Shown: one piece after another, positions 17,978 through 25,488 of the stretch | Layout of the letters: each line of letters starts with the position of its first letter | Position numbering within the stretch: position 1 is the first letter of the stretch | From: an archaeon | GTDB taxonomy: Archaea; Aenigmatarchaeota; Aenigmatarchaeia; GW2011-AR5 | Reading direction: 5' to 3' | Assembly (NCBI GenBank): GCA_035289405.1 | Contig: DATDXH010000092.1 | Span: 1-27,857, forward strand | DNA length: 27,857 nt | Made by a program: the position numbers and the translations under genes | Notes under the pieces: model-generated | What the model was told of the DNA's origin: nothing | Database searches by the model: none | What the model saw: only the letters and a program-made list of their open reading frames with translations

Positions 17978-18355
17978 CTATTTTGGTGAATTATCTTTCT
18001 TATTTAGCCATTCTATCTCGGGAAACGTACCGTCCATTCTGCCGTCTTGGACATATTTTACACCGAGCTTCATGCATGTCCATGCCCGGGTCAATTCCTT
18101 GGAAAGATAACCAACATGATCTCTCATTATGCCTGGCACGTCTTCCACTATCTGTCTGTATATGTCTTGTGGCAGTTTGCCCACCCAGAATTTTTTAATG
18201 ACATTTATGTTTTTGTAATCGCAAAGACCGGCCTCGATGACATCATTGTTTATCCTTATCAAAAAGTACCCAATTGGATCCATCTCTTCGTCGCCTTTGG
18301 GCTTGCATTCCACTGCTTCAGCCTCGGTCTGCGGTTTTTTCATGTCAAAGTGCAT
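17978..18355 (-). CDS. DUF4346 domain protein
   Basis: DPIGYFLI...G...HVGYLSKEL..A...G..YVQD matches the DUF4346 pattern. Start 18355 or 18343. Confidence 0.75.
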   Translation of the reverse strand: MHFDMKKPQTEAEAVECKPKGDEEMDPIGYFLIRINNDVIEAGLCDYKNINVIKKFWVGKLPQDIYRQIVEDVPGIMRDHVGYLSKELTRAWTCMKLGVKYVQDGRMDGTFPEIEWLNKKDNSPK

Positions 18356-18373
18356 TTAGTCACCAGATGTTTA

Positions 18374-18432
18374 TCCGAGAATGCATTGAAAACTGACTTC
18401 ATGAAAGCAGATGAAACTCAATGCATTCTGGA
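18374..18432. repeat. Inverted repeat
   Basis: Perfect 12-bp arms AGAATGCATTGA (18378-18389) / TCAATGCATTCT (18418-18429), extendable by TCC/GGA. Confidence 0.75.
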
Positions 18433-18435
18433 CGC

Positions 18436-18483
18436 TATGTTCCATGAAACCCACGACTTTAGTCGTGAGATATTAGGAACATA
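18436..18483. mobile_element. Possible IS200/IS605-family end relic inside a TA-bounded unit
   Basis: GAAACCCACGACTTTAGTCGTGAG (18446-18469) resembles IS605/IS1341 end hairpins; it is enclosed by TATGTTCC / GGAACATA. No transposase is present in the window. Confidence 0.45.
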
Positions 18484-18536
18484 TCATTTATTAAGCGTAA
18501 CATTTATGAACCTTCGTTTCTACGAACAATCGGATT

Positions 18537-18632
18537 TATAGTTAACCCAGTAAAGATCCTTAATATGATTTACTGGGTTCACATATAACTCACAAGGAAG
18601 TAATATTCTTTTTGTTTCCTTGTAGAGTTATA
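18537..18632. repeat. Two tandem TA-bounded hairpin units
   Basis: 18537-18587 AACCCAGTAAA / TTTACTGGGTT; 18584-18632 TATAACTC-ACAAGGAA / TTCCTTGT-a-GAGTTATA. Homologous to the reverse complement of 15946-16091 without the Y unit. Confidence 0.85.
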
Positions 18633-18656
18633 AGCTTTATCACGAGATATAACTCC

Positions 18657-19061
18657 ATGTCATGCGAATTTTGCGATTATTTTGCAAACATAGAACCCCA
18701 GCGTATTGTTTACGAGGACGAGGATTATATGGCTTTTATAGCCAGGGAACCCGTGTGCAACGGCCACTGTGTTATAATACCAAAGGAACATTCCGAATCA
18801 ATCTCAGACGTTGTCGAATTAAAACGATTTTTTGCACTTATTTCTTATCTGTGCCAGGCAATAAAAGACGCCGTTAATGCAGCAGATGTAAGAATAGAAA
18901 CACTTTATTCGCATGACAAAATAAAACACACACATGTACATTTGATTCCTTCGTTCTCTAATGAAAATGATGCGAACACTGCAGAGTCGATAAGTAATGC
19001 AGACGAAAAAATACTGGGTAATTTGAGAAAAAGCAAGTGGTATAACACACTGAATGCCTAA
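18657..19061 (+). CDS. HIT family protein
   Basis: CEFC zinc motif, PVCNGHCVIIPKEH and histidine triad HTHVHLIP; TTATAA 29 nt upstream of ATG 18657. Confidence 0.88.
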   Translation: MSCEFCDYFANIEPQRIVYEDEDYMAFIAREPVCNGHCVIIPKEHSESISDVVELKRFFALISYLCQAIKDAVNAADVRIETLYSHDKIKHTHVHLIPSFSNENDANTAESISNADEKILGNLRKSKWYNTLNA

Positions 19062-19141
19062 AAATTCTATATTACGAAAATTGCCCTATGCCAGCTAAAA
19101 GCATAAATAAATGAAAAGGTTACCTAATAACAGTGTTATCA

Positions 19142-20608
19142 ATGAGAGTGGCATTTGTTATTCCCGCCAGTGTCGGAGATTATTTCAGTGCACAGGTACC
19201 GCATACCGGCGTAGCTTACATATCTGCGGTCCTGAAGAAAAACGGAATAGAAACAAAAATAATAGACATGCGGCTAGGCTACACACATGATGAAGTGTTC
19301 AGCATGCTTGATGATTTCAACCCAGAGTTTGTGGGCATAACGCTTTACAGTTTTGGCTTCAACAGGTCTCAGGAGACGATAAACAGGATCAAGACACATA
19401 GCGGATCGTATCGCGTAATTATTGGCGGGCCTCACGTGGCAGCGCTAAAAGGCCAGTCATTAATCGACACGTTAGCCGATTTTGGCGTGCTCGCCGAGGG
19501 AGAGTTTCCAATGCTAGAGCTGTGCCAAGGTAAGCCAGTTGGAGAAATATTGGGACTAATATGGCGCGACGGCGAAAAGATTGTAGTTAATGCTGAAAGA
19601 CCTTTTGACAGCAATCTTGACGATCTGCCTCTACCGGACTACGAAGGCTTTGAATTGAAGAAATATCTTGGTTATTCAGAAAAGCATTTGCCAATAATCA
19701 CATCGCGCGGCTGTCCATACCAGTGCGTCTTCTGCTCGATAAGGCTGAGTATGGGCTTAAAGTTCCGACCACGTTCACCAGAGAATGTTGTTGACGAAAT
19801 ACAGCATTGGTATGACAAGGGCTGGAGGAGCTTCGAGGTGGATGACGACAATTTTACTTTAGACATGAAAAGAGCTGAAAAGATATGCGACATGATAATA
19901 GAACGCGGCCTAAAGATAACGTGGAAATGCGATAACGGCATACGCGCCGACAGGCTTACTAAGGAATTGCTGCAAAAAATGAAGGACGCTGGTTGCATTT
20001 ATGTCTCGTTCGGCGTTGAGGGCGGAAATAACAAAATGCTCGCTGCCATGAAGAAGGGCGAAAAAGTTGACGTTATAATAAACTCGATAAAAATGGCAAA
20101 GGAAGTCGGCCTTGGCGTCGGCGCGACGTTCATAATAGGGACGCCGGAAGAAACGTATGAAGATTTTCTCGACTCGCTTAAAATAGCGCAGGAACTTCCT
20201 GTAGACCACGTCTCATTTTATAACATGGTGCCGTATCCGGGCACGGAAATGTATAAATGGGCCGAACAGCATGGCAGGTTTGTCATGGACAAGGAGACGT
20301 TTTTGTACAATGTCGCCCACTGGAAGAACAAACCGGTGTTCGAAACAGAAAACTTTACCGAAGAAGAGCGCATAAAGGCCTACGATGTGGCGCATGATTT
20401 TTACAGGAAAAAGGTCCTCGAGATGAAACTTGGGAAGAAGCTTGGGTTTGTGGCATGGAAGATGACTGGTAATGAAAATGTGGAGCGCGCGCTAAAGAAA
20501 ATTGTGCTTACACCGGGCCCCGGCAGATACGTGTTCAACAAGATCAAGAGGGATCCGGCCAAGCAACCTTCAAGGCTTGTTATAGAACCGACGACACGAA
20601 ATGTGTAA
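19142..20608 (+). CDS. B12-binding domain radical SAM enzyme 3
   Basis: PHTGVAYISAVL, GGPHVA, EGE, SRGCPYQCVFC, DDDNF, GVEGG, PYPGT. Confidence 0.92.
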   Translation: MRVAFVIPASVGDYFSAQVPHTGVAYISAVLKKNGIETKIIDMRLGYTHDEVFSMLDDFNPEFVGITLYSFGFNRSQETINRIKTHSGSYRVIIGGPHVAALKGQSLIDTLADFGVLAEGEFPMLELCQGKPVGEILGLIWRDGEKIVVNAERPFDSNLDDLPLPDYEGFELKKYLGYSEKHLPIITSRGCPYQCVFCSIRLSMGLKFRPRSPENVVDEIQHWYDKGWRSFEVDDDNFTLDMKRAEKICDMIIERGLKITWKCDNGIRADRLTKELLQKMKDAGCIYVSFGVEGGNNKMLAAMKKGEKVDVIINSIKMAKEVGLGVGATFIIGTPEETYEDFLDSLKIAQELPVDHVSFYNMVPYPGTEMYKWAEQHGRFVMDKETFLYNVAHWKNKPVFETENFTEEERIKAYDVAHDFYRKKVLEMKLGKKLGFVAWKMTGNENVERALKKIVLTPGPGRYVFNKIKRDPAKQPSRLVIEPTTRNV

Positions 20609-20675
20609 GCAGTGGCGCACCAAAACCTTTTTAATGTCGGATGATTTTATAAGTAACAGTATCAGATGTGATAGC

Positions 20676-22058
20676 ATGAAAATAATTTTGTTTTACCCGC
20701 CGAATAACGAGGAGTACGGAGTATTCGAGGACGCACAGCCTCTGGATTATCCACTGGGACTGTGCTATGTTGCTGCCGTCCTTGAGAAACGCGGTCATGA
20801 AGTAAAGATTTTCGATCTTGCACATGACAGAAGACTAAAGGGTCTCAATAGCGCGGAGACACTTATCAGGCAAGAAAAGCCCGACGTAGTCGGGATAAGC
20901 TGCCTAACTTACAACAGGAAGGGCGCATTCAGGATAGCGAAAATCACTAAATCTATAGATGAGAGCATCAAGGTCTGGATGGGAGGGCCGCACGCGACGT
21001 TTTTCCCTGGCCAGATACTGGAACACATACCGTCGGTTGACGTTGTTGTGACTGGCGAAGGTGAAGATACTGTAGTAGAACTCATGGACGCCATAGAGAA
21101 CAAAAAAAGTTACGAGGACATAGACGGCCTTGCAACAAGGGATGCAAGTGGCAACATTAAAATAAACAAAACACGCGAGTGGTCGGCCGATATCAATTCG
21201 TTACTCATGCCTGCCCATCACCTTTTTGCCGACCAGATACGCGAGAAGAAGTGGGCGCATGTCATAGGCAACAGGGGCTGCCCGTTCGGATGCAATTTCT
21301 GTTCGACTACTTATTTCTGGGGTCTGCGCACGAGAAAGCGCGACCCGAAGAATGTGATAGACGAGGTGGAGAATCTTGTAAAAGAGTATGGTGTCGAGAA
21401 TATTTACTTCGAGGACGATACGTTTTCCATAGACCAAGAATGGGCACGTGGGATATGTGAGGAAATAATAAGGCGCAATCTTAAGATAAAATGGCAGGCT
21501 ATATCACGATTCAACTGCATTACGAAGGAACTGCTTGCAATAATGAAGGAATCTGGATGCGAGCGCCTAACTTTCGGACTCGAATCAGGAGCGGCTAAAA
21601 TATTGAATAACCTTCATAAGGGCCTCAATAAGCAGATCGTGATAAAGGGTTTCGAGCTGCTAAGAGATTCAGGAATAGAGGTCGGGTTGTTCATGATGGT
21701 CGGCAATCCTGGAGAGGACGAGGAGACTGTGAAAGAAACATGCGAACTGTTTGATACCGTTGGATATTATGACGTGGACTCAATTTCCGTCCTGCAACTG
21801 TTTCCAAATACACCCTTCTATTACATGGCAAGAGAAAAGGGACTCATATCAGACGATTTCTGGATAAAAGAAGACGCACCAATACCCTATTACCTCGGGG
21901 AGCACGACTTGCGCACATTGCAGAAATACGCGCTCCAGATAATAATGCACTGCCAGAAGAAGAAGGGCATCAAGAATTTTGTAAAGTTTTCAGTCAACGC
22001 GGGCAAGCGAATCACAGTCAGGAAAGTGAAGGAGTTCAAGCAGATGTGCATAGCGTAG
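20676..22058 (+). CDS. B12-binding domain radical SAM enzyme 4
   Basis: PLGLCYVAAVL, GGPHAT, GEGE, NRGCPFGCNFC, EDDTF, GLESG. Start ATG 20676 with TTTTATAA 31 nt upstream. Confidence 0.92.
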   Translation: MKIILFYPPNNEEYGVFEDAQPLDYPLGLCYVAAVLEKRGHEVKIFDLAHDRRLKGLNSAETLIRQEKPDVVGISCLTYNRKGAFRIAKITKSIDESIKVWMGGPHATFFPGQILEHIPSVDVVVTGEGEDTVVELMDAIENKKSYEDIDGLATRDASGNIKINKTREWSADINSLLMPAHHLFADQIREKKWAHVIGNRGCPFGCNFCSTTYFWGLRTRKRDPKNVIDEVENLVKEYGVENIYFEDDTFSIDQEWARGICEEIIRRNLKIKWQAISRFNCITKELLAIMKESGCERLTFGLESGAAKILNNLHKGLNKQIVIKGFELLRDSGIEVGLFMMVGNPGEDEETVKETCELFDTVGYYDVDSISVLQLFPNTPFYYMAREKGLISDDFWIKEDAPIPYYLGEHDLRTLQKYALQIIMHCQKKKGIKNFVKFSVNAGKRITVRKVKEFKQMCIA

Positions 22059-22220
22059 CTACTGGCGTTCGAATTTACCGCAAGGGCACTTGTGGCTTAC
22101 TTCAGAGCCGTTTTCGATCTTCGTGAGGATGACGGAGCATCCCATGTTCTGAAACCCGTGAAGCATTACGTCGTGACCACATTTGCAGTTTAGTTGCTCG
22201 ACCTTTTTCTTTTCCATCAT
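22059..22220 (-). CDS. Small Cys/His-rich putative zinc-binding protein (52-53 aa, absent from the ORF track)
   Basis: MMEKKKVEQLNCKCGHDVMLHGFQNMGCSVILTKIENGSEVSHKCPCGKFERQ*; CxCGHx4H...C...CxCxxF; fills the gap exactly and has a TATA about 30 nt upstream. Confidence 0.75.
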   Translation of the reverse strand: MMEKKKVEQLNCKCGHDVMLHGFQNMGCSVILTKIENGSEVSHKCPCGKFERQ

Positions 22221-22242
22221 AAACATATAAAATCATGTTAAA

Positions 22243-22251
22243 ATTTAAATA
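22243..22251. promoter_or_regulatory. Palindromic bidirectional TATA box
   Basis: ATTTAAAT (22243-22250) lies about 30 nt from both ATG 22274 (+) and ATG 22220 (-). Confidence 0.65.
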
Positions 22252-22273
22252 TTCACATGGATGGTTGATCAGG

Positions 22274-23353
22274 ATGAAAATAGCAGTCGTATGGGATTTT
22301 CTAATAGATAAGGGCGGCGCGGAGAGGGAACTAATAATAATTGCAAGGGCCCTTGACGCCGACATAATTACCACCCACTTTTTGAAAAATAAGACGTATG
22401 CGGAATTCTCGAAGATGCGTGTAGTGCCACATCCGCTAAAATCCTATCCAACACCCCTCCTGATGCAAAAAGAGGCGTCTAAGATCTTCAAGAAAATTGA
22501 TCTATCAAAATACGATCTGGTGATATCCATGGGCGACTGGGCAAAATTTGTCTCCATGAACAAGACTCTCCGTGCACGACATATCCATATCACAATATCG
22601 CCACCTAGGATGTTCTACATGAAGTCGTCCGTTAAAAACCAGCTAGGTATGGCCAAGCGCGTTGTGTTCAGTACATGGGCGCATTTCGCGGCCAAGAGAG
22701 ACGTGGAGGCCATGCGACGCATAGACGAGGTGATTGTCCAGTCTCTGGAAGCGAAGCGGCGTGTGGAGACATACTACAACAAAAAACCACACCGTATTGT
22801 GCTATACCCACCGACAGAAATACAGAAATTCAAGTCCGGGAAAAGCAAAGGATATTTCATGTCCGTGCAGAGATTGATGCCGCAGAAAAACATAGAAATA
22901 CAAATAGAGGCCTTTAATGCACTGCCAAAAGAAAAATTAATAGTGGTTGGAAGCATGCTTGACAACAAAATTGATTATTTTAAAAAACTGAGGGCGTCTG
23001 CAAACAAAAACATAAAATTTGTCACTAATGTCAACGATAAGGAACTTGTAAAACTTTATTCACACGCTAAATGCGTTATACAGACGTCTGAAAATGAAGA
23101 TTTCGGGCTTGTCCCGGTTGAGGCAATGGCGTCGGGCAAGCCTTGCATAGCAGTGAACGAGGGCGGGTTCAGGGAGACCATAACGAATAAGACCGGTATA
23201 CTGATAGAGAAGCCGTATGTCGAGAGCCTGATAAATGCTGTTAATAATTTTGACGAGAACAAGTTTTCTACCAGAGAGTTAAAGGAAAGGTCAAAACTCT
23301 TTTCAGAAAAGATATTCATAAGAAACCTCATGAAAGTAATCTCAGGTGTCTAA
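22274..23353 (+). CDS. GT4 family glycosyltransferase
   Basis: DFLIDKGGAER, QRLMPQKN, EDFGLVPVEAMASGKP. Confidence 0.9.
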   Translation: MKIAVVWDFLIDKGGAERELIIIARALDADIITTHFLKNKTYAEFSKMRVVPHPLKSYPTPLLMQKEASKIFKKIDLSKYDLVISMGDWAKFVSMNKTLRARHIHITISPPRMFYMKSSVKNQLGMAKRVVFSTWAHFAAKRDVEAMRRIDEVIVQSLEAKRRVETYYNKKPHRIVLYPPTEIQKFKSGKSKGYFMSVQRLMPQKNIEIQIEAFNALPKEKLIVVGSMLDNKIDYFKKLRASANKNIKFVTNVNDKELVKLYSHAKCVIQTSENEDFGLVPVEAMASGKPCIAVNEGGFRETITNKTGILIEKPYVESLINAVNNFDENKFSTRELKERSKLFSEKIFIRNLMKVISGV

Positions 23354-23354
23354 A

Positions 23355-24458
23355 ATGAAAGTAAACATACTTACTACATCATTCAAATCTTGCCTATGGT
23401 ATTCTGGCATATCAAATGCAGCTTTCCTGCTGGCTAGGGGCCTAAATAATAAATATGGCGCAGATGTAAAGATATTCGCGCCGCATGATGGCGGACCAAA
23501 GAAAGAAAAACACAAGAATTTCTCTGTAGAACGTTTTTCTACAATAGATATTAGAAAACTTTGCGGATATTCTGTTTCTACAGAGGCTTTTGGAATGCTT
23601 GGGAAAGAGAAACCAGACCTGATACATTCGTTTCACTACGGATATTTCCCGGCTACCATAGGATTTATTGCAGCAAAGAAAAAACAGGTACCGCACATAT
23701 TCACCACGGCGTACCATCCGCCAAGCTCCGCCCTTAAGAAAAAAATATTCAAACTTTACAATATTTCACAGGGCGCACACATCATAAAACACTCGGATGC
23801 CGTGTTGCCTTTCAATAAGAACGAAAAAAACGAGCTCTCGAAAATAGCAAAGGGCAATTTCAAAATAGTCCCCTGTCCCATAGACCACAAAATATACAAG
23901 CCACGCCAGTTAAAGTCCGGCAAACTAACCGTGGCATTTGTCGGCCCGATGGAACTATGGAAGGGCCCTCTGGTTGCCTTCGGCATATTCAAGGAGATTG
24001 AAAAGGAAAGGAATGACGTCAACTTTGTTTTTGTGGGGAACGGTACCCTCGCTCACCAGATTGACTTATATCGTGATTTGAAGGCCAAGGCCGGAAAACG
24101 GTTCACATTTACACGAAACCTGTCCCCAGAAAAACTGTCCGGCGTGTATAACAGGGCGGATGTGCTGGTGGCGCCTACTTTTTACGAATCTTTCGGGTGC
24201 ACCATAGCCGAATCCATGATGTGCGGCACACCAGTGGTATCTACCAGTGTCGGTGCGGTGCCGGAGACAATCGGCAATGGCGGGCTTCTTGTAAAGTATG
24301 GGGATTGGAGTGGCATGAAGGATAACATAAACAGGTTACTTGATAATACAAGACTCAGGAAAAAAATGTCAAAGAACGCGATAAGACACTCAGAACAATA
24401 CAGGGACGATGTTGTCGTCAAAAAAATACACGACATTTACAAAAACGTCCTAATTTGA
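23355..24458 (+). CDS. GT4 family glycosyltransferase
   Basis: GPMELWKG, ESFGCTIAESMMCGTPVV (E-x7-E). GTG 23346 is an alternative start. Confidence 0.9.
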   Translation: MKVNILTTSFKSCLWYSGISNAAFLLARGLNNKYGADVKIFAPHDGGPKKEKHKNFSVERFSTIDIRKLCGYSVSTEAFGMLGKEKPDLIHSFHYGYFPATIGFIAAKKKQVPHIFTTAYHPPSSALKKKIFKLYNISQGAHIIKHSDAVLPFNKNEKNELSKIAKGNFKIVPCPIDHKIYKPRQLKSGKLTVAFVGPMELWKGPLVAFGIFKEIEKERNDVNFVFVGNGTLAHQIDLYRDLKAKAGKRFTFTRNLSPEKLSGVYNRADVLVAPTFYESFGCTIAESMMCGTPVVSTSVGAVPETIGNGGLLVKYGDWSGMKDNINRLLDNTRLRKKMSKNAIRHSEQYRDDVVVKKIHDIYKNVLI

Positions 24459-24510
24459 GTACATTTTCTATCGTTTTAAAAAGGCTTTTGGCTAGTCGTA
24501 TAGTGATACT

Positions 24511-25458
24511 ATGAAGGCGCTCATAACAGGAATAACCGGCTTTGTAGGTTCACACCTTGCCGAGCACCTCCTAGCACGTGGCGACGAAGTCTACGGCACT
24601 ATGCGATGGAGAAGCAGGATGGACAACATAAATCATATAAAAAATAAGATAAAATTCATAGAGACGGATATACGCGATTCTTACAGCATTGAAAAGGCAA
24701 TAATGTCTGTGGAACCTGACGTGATATTTCACCTGGCTGCACAATCGTTCGTCCACACGTCATTCCACGCCCCACAGGAAACTCTATCAACAAACATAAT
24801 AGGAACTGTTAATTTGCTTGAGGCTATCAGAAATTCAAAGATATCACCCGTTATACAGATAGCGGGCAGCAGCGAGGAGTACGGGCTTGTACACGAGAAC
24901 GAAACGCCAATAAAAGAGACAAACCAACTGAGGCCGCTAAGTCCGTATGCAGTTTCCAAGGTTGCGCAGGACTTGCTTGGCTACCAGTACCACAAGAGCT
25001 ACGGCATCAAGACGGTCATAACGCGCGCATTTAATCATGAAGGGCCTAGACGCGGTGAGGTTTTCTCAACGTCAAATTTTGCCAAGCAGATAGCTGAAAT
25101 CGAGCGAGGAGCAGAACCGGTTATTCAAGTAGGAAATTTAGACTCCAGCAGAGACTTCACAGACGTCAGGGATGTGGTAAGGGCGTATACGGTTGCCGTA
25201 GAGAAATGCGACTATGGCGAAGCGTATAACATTTGCAGCGGCAAGGCGTGGAAAATAAGCGAAATGCTTAAGCTGCTCCTGTCCATGTCGACAAAAAAGA
25301 TCGAAATAAGGGAGGATCCTGCGCGGATGCGGCCTAGCGATGTTCAGCTTCTATTGGGAGATTTTTCTAAGTTCCACAAAAAGACCGGATGGAAACCTGA
25401 AATCCCGTTCGATAAGACGATGAAAGATCTTCTGGATTACTGGAGAAAATTAGTCTAG
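24511..25458 (+). CDS. GDP-mannose 4,6-dehydratase-like SDR, paralogue 3 (most Gmd-like)
   Basis: GITGFVG, RWRS, HLAAQSFV..SF..P, GSSEEYG, YAVSK; FNHEGPRRGEVF matches the Gmd FNHESPRRGE motif. Confidence 0.85.
   Translation: MKALITGITGFVGSHLAEHLLARGDEVYGTMRWRSRMDNINHIKNKIKFIETDIRDSYSIEKAIMSVEPDVIFHLAAQSFVHTSFHAPQETLSTNIIGTVNLLEAIRNSKISPVIQIAGSSEEYGLVHENETPIKETNQLRPLSPYAVSKVAQDLLGYQYHKSYGIKTVITRAFNHEGPRRGEVFSTSNFAKQIAEIERGAEPVIQVGNLDSSRDFTDVRDVVRAYTVAVEKCDYGEAYNICSGKAWKISEMLKLLLSMSTKKIEIREDPARMRPSDVQLLLGDFSKFHKKTGWKPEIPFDKTMKDLLDYWRKLV
24856..25004 (+). repeat. 149-bp near-identical copy of 761-909
   Basis: 148/149 identical; the only mismatch is synonymous (G832 vs A24927). Confidence 0.95.
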
Positions 25459-25488
25459 TGCATCGCTATTTTTCATGACGGCGATAAA

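Noticed and set aside
18047-18541. 164-aa minus-strand ORF
   Set aside because: It overlaps the DUF4346 gene in another frame, runs through inverted repeats and has no recognisable motifs.
268-18632. CRISPR array or integron attC interpretation of the hairpin arrays
   Set aside because: There is no constant direct repeat with unique spacers, no cas or integrase gene, and the ends are TATAG...CTATA rather than RYYYAAC...GTTRRRY.
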